Below are positions 12,749-24,583 of a DNA stretch of 64,000 nt, one piece after another (within the stretch, counting starts at the first letter, position 1; every line of letters starts with the position of its first letter). The notes beneath the pieces were generated by a model. The model had not been told where the DNA came from and did not search any database. It worked only from the letters and a program-made list of their open reading frames with translations. The position numbers were made by a program, and so were the translations under genes. The stretch comes from Squalus acanthias (taxonomy: Eukaryota), in NCBI GenBank assembly GCA_030390025.1, contig JASTWF010000121.1, positions 310,001 to 374,000 of the forward strand, written 5' to 3'.

Positions 12749-14110
12749 GTGAGTTCCGCTGGTTCTTAACATCCATGTTCCTGTAACAAGAAAAGGCCCA
12801 ATGGTGCGGCTGGTGCCAATCTGAGTTTGTGATTTCAAATCAATTTCTTCTGCACAGCCCAACTTTTCAGCTTTTTTCTTCGAATATGTCCCATGCTTAT
12901 AGATCATCAGTCCTTGGCATAGAGAGAGAGATCAGGAGCTCTGATTCCAGGTCTCTACATACTCCTCTGACACTCACAGTAGGTATTTGAGAACAGCTTG
13001 GCACGAGCCATCCTCCAATGTGCTCTCCCGGGGGACGGTGCCTGACCTCTGCTTCTCTCATGGGGCTCTATTACGACCCGCACTGCATCCCCAGTCCGGG
13101 GAAGGCTTTCCCTCCCATTGTATCAAATAGAGAACTGGGCATGAGTGAAGGAAAAGTGGGATATTGACAGAATCACAGCCCAGGCTACAGACCACGATGC
13201 TGAGCACTCAAGCACCACTTCCCTAGCTGGACACCATCTCAGCAATCCACGGATTGCAACCAGCCCAAGCCTGGAGGGCAACCAGACAAATTTCAGCTTG
13301 CAGGCAATGGTGCCCGCCTGAGCTTTCTCCTCGACCATTCCTGGACACAGATGCATTTCTAAACAACCAAACAAACCTGTTGACAGAAGCCATTGTACTG
13401 TTCCGCTCTTCATCCTGCTGATCACTCTCCCAAAGGTTATTACCACGGTTACACGGGGCAATCCTCAGGCAGGTTAAACCAGGTGCCCTCCTTTGTCAAT
13501 GCTCGTACTGCCAGTGTTGTCACTGGACACATTTAGGAAGCTGTGAAATAAAATACTTCCAAAAAAGTAACATTGGATCTGTTGACTTTTTGTCCATAAT
13601 ATTTTGTTAAATACTTGTCAATGTTTTTGTTAAGCTAACAATGGCTGGATTTGTCCAGTGAGTGAGATGAAGTGTAGATAAACAGTTCAAATTACTTCGA
13701 ACTGACTGAGCAGTGATATCAGGTTACATGTGGATTAATTGTCAAACTTCAGGAGTTCAGGAGTTTGTGTTCTTTCAATCACATCGTTTAGCTTCAGAAC
13801 AGCGCAGAGAGCCGGTGATAACTGGTGAAAGAGGCAGACTGAAGCTTGACCTTCCAACGTACGATCACAGTATGTTTGTACTGTTCTAACAAAGATATTT
13901 CTCTCATCTTCAAGTATAGTGTTTATCTTCCATTCATGTTTAACATACTGTCTACAGTCGAATTAAACTATATCAGAAATCAGGCACGTTCATGGAAATA
14001 TAAAAGTTTCAAGACGATAACTCCTGACTATGTGTCGGCAGGATTTAGTCAATTCTCATTTTCACAATGGTTACCTGACCCAATCTTTATCTGTTTACAC
14101 TTTGTTACAG

Positions 14111-14152
14111 AGTTTGAAACATTCTCCTGCAGATTCCAACCAAATATACATG
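14111..14152 (+). CDS. Cassette A cytoplasmic exon 2 (first half of ITAM)
   Basis: actttgttacag|...|gtaagt, phase 0 to 0. Encodes SLKHSPADSNQIYM. Confidence 0.82.
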
Positions 14153-14170
14153 GTAAGTACCTCTCTGTAC

Positions 14171-14735
14171 TGAAAGGGTTAATTTGAACTCATGTTAAAT
14201 TAAACCTCTCTTAGCTGTAAAGGGAATGGAAGTTATGTACGAGATAGAATAAGGACCAGGTGGATGATAAGGATTGGGTGCCTAGCAGCCTTCAAGGACA
14301 GAATACAATGGGCATCTGTAGAGAAATACAATGGACAAATGTGAGAATGAGATTAGACCCAGCACTCAGGCAAAACATAGAATGTGATTCCCAACAAACA
14401 TTGCTTGCAGCATATATACGTAATTGGATAATTGTTTTTAGTTTGTAGCTGACAAAGATAAGAAATATAACAAATTAACCAGTTTAGTTTGAATTGACAT
14501 AATTGTAATCATGTGATATTTTGTAACAATGTGATTGGATAATTCTTAAATAAAAGGTTGTAAGTGACAATGGGAGGTCGAGAAGCCGTGGTCACTAGGC
14601 ATATGGTGGGGGCTTTTCTTTATCCTCATCATTTCTATCTCCTATGATGCTTCTCCCAGAGATCTCTGAATATTAAATAAACTGTTTGATTTTACCTATC
14701 AACACAGACTGGAGTGAATTAATTTCTCCCTAACA
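14171..14735 (+). repeat. ERV 5' LTR (565 bp)
   Basis: tgaaagggtt...ctccctaaca. TATA-like taaataaaa near 14547; aataaa at 14676-14681. Confidence 0.97.
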
Positions 14736-14737
14736 AA

Positions 14738-14755
14738 TGGCGTAGTCGGCAGGAT
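14738..14755 (+). promoter_or_regulatory. Primer binding site, tRNA-Ser
   Basis: tggcgtagtcggcaggat is the reverse complement of atcctgccgactacg-cca, the 3' end of vertebrate tRNA-Ser. Confidence 0.92.
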
Positions 14756-15360
14756 ACTTCGGAGCTGAAAGACCGCCTGTACCAGTGAACGGGGCGAGTA
14801 GTCAAATCTTTGACCACCCAGAAATTGGGTCACTTGGCAGGGCGGTGTGACGGCGACGCAGTATCCAATGAATCTGGTGTCTATGACGGTTAAGAAACAG
14901 TTTATTAAAACCTAGGTGGTGCATAAAGTGTTTGTAATATTGAAATAATAAGGTTAACCGAACGTACGAATAGTAGTTAAGATATTTGAAGCCTGATGTG
15001 TTATTTCGGAATGTAAATGTCTCGAGGACCCATGCTGAACTGAAATTAAGAGGGCGATTGGGCCCCACGTGACGGCCAGAGTTAGTTGGGAATCCGAGAC
15101 AGACAAAGAATTTGTAAGAACCTCTCTGCTGTGTTGCGTTGCGGGATCTGTTGGATTGTATGACGTGACGTATTGTGATAATGTATTAATGGCTGCAAGT
15201 GAAAGTGGTTGGATAGAAGCCCAAAATTCACCTCTGTGAGCAAGAATAGTTACAAGTCGCGGCCTCCATCATACAAGTGGTGGACGATAGGCAGACCTCT
15301 GAGAACGAGTTACTAGGGCGGACCGGAATGCGGTAAACTAGTGACAAAGAATAATACATT

Positions 15361-16667
15361 ATGGCGGAAGGCGAGGAACCCGATTGGGGCCCGCCAGGAT
15401 CCATGAGTCGGCTTTACACCGAGGACCAAAAGGCTTTGATTGATAAAATGAAGAAAGATGGGTGGGATCCATTAGGAAAACCAATGGCGCAAGGGAGTGG
15501 TGGGAGAAGCAGAAACAAAAGGAAACTAGAAAGGCAGGAGTAATTTTAACACATCAGTTGATAATGATAATAAAAAGGGTTAAGACACAAACCAATAAGG
15601 TGGAAGAACAAGAAAAAAGAATAGCCAAATTAGAAAGTGTAATAGAACGGATGGAATTGACAGATAGAGTAAATAGAAATGATGAGGATAAAGAAAAGCA
15701 CCCACCGTATGCCTTGGCCCCAATCGAAATGAATGGGGATGTTCCGGTAGCGTCGATGGCACCTGTAATACGACACCAAGTGGCAGCACAAAATCGATAC
15801 CGGGCTTTCACGCCTCTTGAAAAACAAGCCATTCTCAAAGATTTGGGAACCCTCAAACCCCATAGTCAGAACGCAGAGTTCTGGAGAAATCTAGAGGAAA
15901 TGTGGGACATCCACGATTTACATTGTAGGGACATCCACCAGTTAGTTAGGGCAAAATGCCCAGCCGACAAACGGAGAAATGTAAACCCCGCTGTAGGCAT
16001 GCAGGATGGAGAATGGGCAGATGCAGCACCTCCGAGTGCCGGACGGGCGGTGCAATGGGCAACATATGGACCCTTTAAGATCGCAGTAGAAACAGCGCTT
16101 GGGGGTCCTACTATAAATTGGGGAAAAATCCAATCAGTAAGACAAGCCAAGGGAGAATCTAGTAGTGATTATGGAGAACGACTGTTTGACGCTTATTACG
16201 AATCATCAGGGCAAGCAAATCCACAACGAACAGACCAGTCCTTTATCCAGCTGTTTATGGACGGACTTTCACCGGCACACCAAGCCATCCTAAAATTAGG
16301 AGTGTTGATCGCCCCTACATATGATCTCGCAGTTCAATGGGCAAGTCAGATCGATGCTAAGGACTCTGAACCAACAGAAAAGGGAGGTGTAAAAATTAAA
16401 CAGGAAAGGGTAGCAGCAGGGGTGGCATCGCAATCATACAAGAGAATTCAGGGAAGCTGTTATACTTGTGGAAAGGTGGGACATATGGCGAAGGATTGCA
16501 GGAGTGGAAAGAGAGGGGGATGTGATTATTGTGGTAAGCTAGGACACCAGAGTCACAACTGCTGGCAGAAGAAAGGAGACGTGGAACAGACACAGGGCGC
16601 TTATCTCGGTCCGGAGGATAGAAGGGACTTTATGGAGTACCTCAAGTCAAAGGGGGAGAGTCAATGA
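15361..16667 (+). pseudogene. gag: ERV gag with one frameshift near 15480
   Basis: The ATG ORF MAEGEEPDW... shifts frame into the 401-aa ORF. Major-homology-like Q..GE...DY.ERL region and two CCHC knuckles (CYTCGKVGHMAKDC, CDYCGKLGHQSHNC). Confidence 0.9.
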
Positions 16668-19600
16668 CGGGAGGCGGCCCCAGTCAAAGGAGGCTCGGAT
16701 AACCGAGTCTACATTGCAGCATTATTAGGGGGCCAACCGTGTGAAATGTTAGTTGACACAGGAGCATCAGTATCTTTAACTGATTTACCCCTTCCGACAA
16801 CCAAGGAATATATATATATATATAAGGACTAGGGGGTACAAAAATTAAGGCCTATAAAAGTGAAGTACAAGTTTTAGAGTTAGCCGGGAAACTCTTTCCC
16901 GCACAGTTTTACGTGTGCCCAAACAACGAAGGCACCATATTAGGAATAGATCTGCTAAAGGAATTCAATATATTGGTGGACTCCGTGCAAAATAAGATTG
17001 TTTGGTCCAAAGGAGATGGGTCCAAAGTCAGCACAGATAAACCATGCACCAACCTGGCAAAGGTAGGGAGCGCAACATCCTTAAGCAGGGATTGGGAATT
17101 AGAACGGACACCATACGGGGCCATATGCCAGATAATGGACGGAGTTTGGGCAAAAACAAAACAAGACACCGGACAGGTAAAAATAGAGCCAATCATGGTT
17201 CCAGGTCCGGAGCACAAGCCCCATAAGTAATACCCCATTAAACCCGAAGCACGGGACGCGGTACAAGATATAGTGCGTGAGCTGGAGGAGAAAGGTATAA
17301 TTAGGATTACCGAAAGCACAACCAACTCGCCCGTATGGCCAGTTCTCAAACCAGATAACTCATTCCGACTGACTATTGATTACACCGAATTAAACAAGGT
17401 GACGCCCAAATTACACCCAATAGTGGCGAGCCCATCCACAATCTTACATGCATTGAACCCACAGCACAAGATATTTACAGTTTTGGACATAGCTAATGGG
17501 TTTTGGTCCTTACCCTTGGATCCTGAATCCCAAAATAAATTTGCCTTTACCGTAGGGAATAGACAATACATATGGACTCGATTGCCCCAGGGGTTCCATA
17601 ATAGTCCGGCGATATTCCATCAGATAATGAGTTCACTGTTGGAAACAGCAGACCTCGCCCCGTATCGCAGTACTGTGCTGCAATACGTGGATGACCTGCT
17701 AATCGCCTCAGAAGACGAGCGCGGACATGCGGCCGCCCTAACTGTAATTTTACAGACCCTGGAAGAAGGGGGGTTTAAGGTAAATCCTAAGAAGGCCCAA
17801 ATTGGACAAGGTGAGGTTACATACCTGGGACAACAAATATCTCAGGGAGTTAGAACAATCCATAGCGACCGTCGGAAGGCAATACAAGAGATGCCCCGAC
17901 CGGTCTCAGTTAGAGGGATTAGGAAAGTTTCAGGCCTCTTTAATTACAGTAGGAACTTTATACCTAACTTCGTGGCAATAGCAGAACCAATCCAAAGGTT
18001 AGTCAAGGGGGAAATCCGGGTAATGCCCTTAGCAAATGGGGTCCGGAACAAGAGAGAGCATATGGGAACCTCAAACAGGCGCTAGTATCAGCCCCCCGGT
18101 CTCGGACTACCCAACATGGAAAAGCCGTTCCACATCCACTGTGAAAATGAAGGGGGATTTTATGCTGCAGTGATAACCCAACAACATGGGGATAAAAGAC
18201 GACTGGTAGCATATTACTCTACTCAACAGTCACCTGTAGTTACAGGCATGTCACGATGTGTGGCAGCACTAGACTGTGCAGCGTGGGCTGTGAAAGTGAG
18301 TGAACCCACGGTGATGATGGGAGATATTATCCTACACACCAAACATACATTAGTGGAAATGTTAAATAATAACAAACTACGGTCAGTGTCCAACATGCGA
18401 AGAGCACGTTGGGAAGCAGTTTTATTACCCAGGGATGAATCAGTAAAGATCATTAGAGACATTGGGGAAAACCCGGCGGAAGGCGTTCTAGGAACGGGAG
18501 AGCCTCATGAATGCACCAAAATAGACGATGAGGCCGATAACGACCCCTTAGATGACGAACCACTGGAAGAGGCACAATTAACCCTATATGTAGATGGTTC
18601 TCGGAAATACATAGACGGGTCGCCCAGGACAGGATGGGCAGTAGTTAATGAAAGGGGACAAACGTTGGTATCAGGTAGATTAGATGGAGGACTATCGGCT
18701 CAAGTGGCGGAGCTAGTAGCATTAACAGAAGCCCTAAATTTGGCAAAAGGACAGACGGCGAATATCTATACGGATAGCAGATATGCATTCGGGGTAGTAC
18801 ATGATTATTTGACAGCTTGGGGGAGACGAGGGTTTGTCACAACAGGTGGAGACCACATTAAACATCAACAACGGATAGAAGCCCTTTTGGAAGCTGCGAA
18901 GACTCCCAAACGGGTGGCAGTAGTAAAGATAAAAGCCCATCAGAAGATAGAGAACCCTCAACAGGAGGGAAACAGAGTGGCAGATCTAGCAGCACAACAA
19001 GCATTAAAACAAGAAAGGATTATAGAGACGGTAGCTAGTGTACAGGTGGAGGAAGTGGATATTAAAAGATTACATAAGGACACTCCACCTGGAGAAAAGC
19101 AGGAATGGTATCGTGTAGGAGGCAGAGAAGATGAAGAAGGGATTTGGCGGAAAAACGGGAAGGTACAAGCCCCCGTTTGCATTCGGCAAACGCTCTTGAA
19201 TTTACACCACGGCATTGAACACTGGAAGGGGGGCAATGACTCATTTGATAGAACAAGAATGGTGGTGGCCAGGTGTAGGGAGGGATGTAGCGAAACACTG
19301 TCAGAGGTGCCTAACGTGTGCACAATATAATCCAGGACGGCCGGTAAAAATACAGATGGCCCATCAGCCAAGACCAAGGGGTCCCTGGGAAAAGATACAA
19401 ATAGACTTTACGGGACCCCTACCAATCTCAAGGGGAAAGGTATACTGCCTAGTGGTAATAGATCAATTCACCTGATGGGTGGAAGCTTTCCCCACACGAA
19501 ACTGCACAGCTGCCACAGTGGCCCGGATAATGGCAGAGGAAATAATACCGCGATGGGGGGTTCCCACTCAAATCGACTCTGACCAGGGAACCCACTTCAC

Positions 19601-20203
19601 GGGAAAGGTAGTAAAGAATATCTGCGCATGGATGGGAATAAAACAAAAATTTCACATTCCCTACCGTCCTCGAGCTCTGGGATGGTGGAACAAATGAATC
19701 GGACCCTAAAAACCGCATTAGCAAAGGCCCTGAGCGAAAACCATCAATTTTGGGTAGATGTTCTGCCCGCCGTCCTGATGAAATTACGAGCCATCCCTAA
19801 TCGAACGACAGGCTTATCTCCCTATGAATTAATGACAGGGCGAGCAATGCAACTCCCTTATGGAATTATAATGGGAGGAGAGGAACTAGGACCCTTACAG
19901 GACAGGATCCGCCGGTATGTCCTTGAATTAAGCAAGCAGTTAAAAGAAATGAGACAGCAGGTTATAGAAAGACAGGACGGAAAGGATAAGAATTTAGACT
20001 TGACTGCGTTAACATACATTCCCTCTGCAGGAACAAAAGTAATGGTTAAGGTCCTGCCTGCAAAGCCGGGGTTTGCCCCAAGATGGTCCAGTCCTTATCA
20101 AATCCTTATCAGCGGAAACACGTGTGCCGGTATTGATATAAAGGGAATGGGAAGGTGGAAACACTGGACCCAGCTAAAGACCTATAACCCTTCACCAGTG
20201 TAG
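16668..20203 (+). pseudogene. pol: ERV pro-pol (protease, RT, tether, RNase H, integrase), disrupted
   Basis: LVDTGA; LPQGFHNSP; YVDD; YVDGS/AELVAL/YTDSRY; integrase IDFTG, DSDQG. Stops at 17228 and 19473; frameshifts near 16815 (TA repeat), 18010, 19215 and 19670. Confidence 0.95.
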
Positions 20204-20205
20204 AA

Positions 20206-20439
20206 ATGGACGCAACAAAACAAATACCGGGTATAAGGAGTGAGAAAGAGTGGATACCGTATACAGAATGGGAATGGCCCCTGGTACGGGGATTGGTTTG
20301 GGCACTATGCATCATTCTGATTTGCTCCACACTGGGTTGGATTTTGAAGTATATATGGAACCAATCCCATCCATCTCGACGACAACGGGAGGCGATGGAA
20401 AGAGGAATCCGACTGGGAATGATGGGACCACCAATTTAA
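20206..20439 (+). CDS. Small single-pass membrane accessory ORF between pol and env (77 aa)
   Basis: ATG 2 nt after the pol stop; hydrophobic LVWALCIILICSTLGWILKYIW followed by a basic tail. Confidence 0.55.
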   Translation: MDATKQIPGIRSEKEWIPYTEWEWPLVRGLVWALCIILICSTLGWILKYIWNQSHPSRRQREAMERGIRLGMMGPPI

Positions 20440-20547
20440 TAATTATGTGCTTTTCCTTCCTCTAGAATGTTTGAATCTACAAGCAACAAGTAAAGTAGTT
20501 AGATTGGCAATATAACCTTTGGGACATTGTTAACATAGAGTGATAAG

Positions 20548-22128
20548 ATGAAGTTAATAATGTGTATTAGTTTAGCTGCAGCATACGTAGTAAACGCGGC
20601 TTCATTAGAGTACGAGTGCCTTCCCTGGAGATGGGATCCCATAAGACTGTGTAAACAAGACACAGTTCGCTGTTCGACTGCCAGAGACGGGAGCCAGAAG
20701 AATTGGACGTTAGAACGAGAAACCGAAATTACAGCCTGGCTGTTTAAAGATAAAAGGACTTATTTAACTGGTAAAATTAATTGGTCTATAGAATGTGGAG
20801 GGGCCCCGTGTCACGCGGATTTGCAATGCTCATCAGTCCAGGCATATCGTGAAGCGAGACGAAGGTGGGAGCTGCACGGAAATACCTTTGTGTATATGTC
20901 TTATGTCTATGCAAAAAATATGAACCTGAGTTCGTGTTGGGTCTGCTCCCATATTCCGATACATAGTAAGGGAGGGATACCTTTAAGACCTATACCCTTT
21001 AGTGCTCCGGAGATGGCCGAATGGTTAATCCGTAAAAATGATACCTGGGGGACTCTAGTAGATTGGGGACTCAGACAAAAGATGGAAACGGAAGACTGGA
21101 GGAGTGCAGATTATGACCGTACCGCCTTCCGAGGGTGGTATCAACTGAATTACAATCACGCTCGACCCCCGCCGTCCCTTGTACTCACTAACACCTGGGG
21201 AAGTGGTAGACCGAAGGGAAGTCTGTGCTTAGTCAGCAAAGGCACAGGAGGGCTGGCTCTGGGTTGGAGTAAATGCGAGCAGAAATATGAATTAAAGGTG
21301 ACCAGGAGTGGGTACAATGATGCAACCTTCACATATGGGACGTGGAACCTCAATACGATTCCGAACATGACCAGTGGGGGGCTATGGAAGGGTAAAATCA
21401 TGATAATGAATACCATATGGAGTAGTTACGAAGCCTATAATAACGCTTCCTTCATATGTGGACATAAAGCTTACCCATGGCTCCCTTACAATTGGACGGG
21501 GTCTTGTTATCTGGGGTACGTCGTACCCTTTGTACATCACTGCCTAAACCTCAAGGAACACCCAGCCTATCGCTATAAACGAGAGATTACCGAGACTGAA
21601 AGATACTTCGCGATCACATTACCCCCATACGGAGTTGCGAGAGCTATTAAGGAGATACGGTTGTTGGCAGAGGTTTTAGAACAGGTTGGGAATGATACAG
21701 CAGAAGCTCTAATAGACATCAACACCGAGGTGGTAGCGATAAGGACAGTGACGCTACAAAACCGCATGGCACTTGATTACCTCCTAGCAGAGAAAGGGGG
21801 AACATGTGCATTAATTGGGACAGAGTGCTGTACATACATTCCTGACAGTTCAGAAAATATAACCAATTTGGCTGAGCACATACAGAGAGAAGTTCGGAAG
21901 TTACACGAAACCTCAGGAGCGAACTGGTGGGATTGGTTGTTTGGGGGATCATGGTGTTCATATTTGATGCATGGATTGATAATTGTTCTTGTAATTGGAA
22001 TAGCATTCTGTGTTGTACTGATGATTTTAAATGCATGTTGTAAGGCAGCTATGGCCAGAATGATGCCGGTCGCTGTAGTCAATATTGAACCAAGCAATGA
22101 ACAGCTGCTGCAGGATATCTATATGTAA
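20548..22128 (+). CDS. env: Intact gamma-type envelope glycoprotein (526 aa)
   Basis: Signal peptide, CWVC, furin site RYKR, ISD LQNRMALDYLLAEKGGTC, CX6CC and TM anchor. Upstream acceptor ttttccttcctctag ends at 20465. Confidence 0.95.
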   Translation: MKLIMCISLAAAYVVNAASLEYECLPWRWDPIRLCKQDTVRCSTARDGSQKNWTLERETEITAWLFKDKRTYLTGKINWSIECGGAPCHADLQCSSVQAYREARRRWELHGNTFVYMSYVYAKNMNLSSCWVCSHIPIHSKGGIPLRPIPFSAPEMAEWLIRKNDTWGTLVDWGLRQKMETEDWRSADYDRTAFRGWYQLNYNHARPPPSLVLTNTWGSGRPKGSLCLVSKGTGGLALGWSKCEQKYELKVTRSGYNDATFTYGTWNLNTIPNMTSGGLWKGKIMIMNTIWSSYEAYNNASFICGHKAYPWLPYNWTGSCYLGYVVPFVHHCLNLKEHPAYRYKREITETERYFAITLPPYGVARAIKEIRLLAEVLEQVGNDTAEALIDINTEVVAIRTVTLQNRMALDYLLAEKGGTCALIGTECCTYIPDSSENITNLAEHIQREVRKLHETSGANWWDWLFGGSWCSYLMHGLIIVLVIGIAFCVVLMILNACCKAAMARMMPVAVVNIEPSNEQLLQDIYM

Positions 22129-22279
22129 AGCTCTTTTCTTTTCATACAGACCACCATACACCCGACACCAAGGATAGATAAAAGGGAGAGACGAGTTTCA
22201 ATACAGGATGATAAATGCGGGAAAGAAGTCAGTATCGCTGGCCAAAATTTTAATTTGGCACGGGACCGACAGGAGGGAC

Positions 22280-22813
22280 TGAAAGGGTTAATTTGAACTC
22301 ATGTTAAATTAAACCTCTCTTAGCTGTAAAGGGAATGGAAGTTATGTACGAGATAGAATAAGAACCAGGTGGATGATAAGGATTGGGTGCCTAGCAGCCT
22401 TCAAGGACAGAATACAATGGGCATCTGTAGAGAAATACAATGGACAAATGTAAGAATGAGATTAGACCCAGCACTCAGGCAAAACATAGAATGTGATTCC
22501 CAACAAACATTGCTTGCAGCATATATACGTAATTGGATAATTGTTTTTAGTTTGTAGCTGACAAAGATAAGAAATATAACGAATTAACCGGTTTAGTTTG
22601 AATTTACATAATTGTAATCATGTGATATTTTGTAACAATGTGATTGGATAATTCTTAAATAAAAGGTTGTAATTAACAACGGGAGGTCGAGAAGCCGTGG
22701 TCACTAGGTCGGGTAAGGTCTATGACGCTTCTCCCAGAGATCTCTGAATATTAAATAAACTGTTTGCTTTCACCTATCAACACAGACTGGAGTGAATTAA
22801 TTTCTCCCTAACA
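22280..22813 (+). repeat. ERV 3' LTR (534 bp)
   Basis: Near-identical to 14171-14735: about 11 substitutions by eye plus a 42-nt versus 11-nt block replacement. Confidence 0.97.
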
Positions 22814-23254
22814 GTAAGTACCTCTCTGTACGATAAACAATGATGAATCTGGTGCACAAAATTCACCAAATGCCCAAAGTGTTATCTCTCTGGTATCTAA
22901 TTGGTCCCATGTGTCTTATTGATAGACCTACCCACCAATCCCAAAGCCCCAACCAATGGGAATGTGCAAGGTGAATAGCAAACCAAATTTTCAGCCCTGC
23001 TGGATTGCCCACTGAATCACTGGGATCTCCCTGCTCAGTTCTCATGTTCCAGGCTCACTGTGCAGGGTCATTGCTGTCCCCACATTCAGGTCTCATTCCT
23101 TTCCAGTCCCACCCCCACAAGTTCAAGCCTCATCTGCTCCCACCCAGCCACCACAGGCTTTCTGCTGCACCTCACTCATTCCCAATCCCCTGTTCTCCTT
23201 GCTTACTCCCAACCTCAGGACCTGTGGCCACCCATTGCATTCCACCATTTCTCA

Positions 23255-23660
23255 GAAAGAAAGAAAAACTTCCATTAATATCGCTACTTTCACGACCTCA
23301 TTGTCCCACCTTGCCTTACAGCCAATGAAATGCTTTTCAAGAGTAGTCACTGTTGTAATGTAGGAAACACAACAACCAATCTGAGCACAGCAATGACCCA
23401 CAAACATAATTGGCCAGGACACTGGGAGAACTCCCCTGCTCTTCTTCAAAATAGTGCTGTGGGATCTTTTATATCCACCTGAGAGGGAAGATGGGGCCTC
23501 ACTTTAACGTCTCATCCAAAAGACTGCACCTCCAACACTGCAGCACTCCCTCAGCATTGCACAGAAGTGTCAGCCTGGATTATATGACCATGTCTCTAGA
23601 GTGGAGCTTGAACCCACAATCTTCTGACTCAGAGGCAAGTGTACTACCCACTGAGCCAAC
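23255..23660 (-). mobile_element. tRNA-derived DeuSINE (SacSINE1-like)
   Basis: Reverse-complement homolog of 48139-48605. Confidence 0.75.
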
Positions 23661-23722
23661 TCTTAGCAATTCGGGAGGACACTAGCAGAGACACAGGTAC
23701 ATCTTTATTTGCCCATAACAAT

Positions 23723-24486
23723 GGCCCTGAAATTCGCCTCTCCGGCTTGCCGCGGGGGTAAGGATCGCGCGCGCTCTTACCTTCCACGCCTGCCGTTGTG
23801 TTTTGGGCCCACGGGAACTTCAGCTCCTGGGCCTGCTCCAAGTGCTGGCGCGCAGTGCGTGCATGTCCCAGGGGCGCAGTTAGTGCGATACGTCCCCTGG
23901 GATCACGTGGGCCATGGAGAGCCAATGGCAGCAGACCATCTTTCATTCATAGATTTGACAGGAAGACCTGTCAAATCTGTGAATTGAAATCGGCCCCAAA
24001 AGAACAGCTAAACTTCAAATAAATTTTTAAAAACCCATCACATTTATAAAATAACTATAGTTAAATAAATTAACCACTTTAAACAAAAATTTAAATTTTT
24101 GAAAAAATTAAAATACTTTTTAACAGAGCTAAAAATAAACTTACCTTTCTTTAAAGTATCTAAAAAAGATAAACCTGTTGACATTTTTTTAAAATTATAC
24201 TTAATTAACCACTTACCTTGTTGAAAACGGGTCTTGCGCCTCTTTTTTAAATGTGCAGGTTCTTCAATGCTTGCCCTCCCGTAGAAACCTGAAAAAAAAA
24301 CTAAGTTTGCTGCGTGCGCGCAGCCTCTACCGCGCACGTGGTTCACCTAGGAACCGCCCCCTTCACCAGACTGGAAGTTCCGGTTTCCCGTGCATGCGCA
24401 GTGCATGCAGGAAACCGACACTTCAGGATGCCTTACGGGTGAGTACGGACTGTGGACTCACCCGGGAAGGGCCGAATTTGTGGCCC
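23723..24486. mobile_element. GC-rich non-autonomous DNA transposon (MITE)
   Basis: Termini ggccctgaaattcg...cgaatttgtggcc; AT-rich core. Confidence 0.5.
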
Positions 24487-24583
24487 AATAAGTATTATTA
24501 GAACATTGAAATATTCCAACTAACTCTTCATTGGGCGCGTGTTACTAGATTGCTAATTCTATCATTGCTCTGTTCTCTGTTAG

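Larger units (their letters stand above)
14171..22813 (+). mobile_element. Full-length endogenous retrovirus (LTR-gag-pro-pol-ORFx-env-LTR)
   Basis: Paired TG...CA LTRs, PBS, short purine tract (aggaggga) before the 3' LTR, retroviral ORFs in canonical order. Confidence 0.98.

Noticed and set aside
14260-14448. Identical 62-aa ORF in both LTRs
   Set aside because: GTG start and short length; the identity simply reflects LTR duplication.
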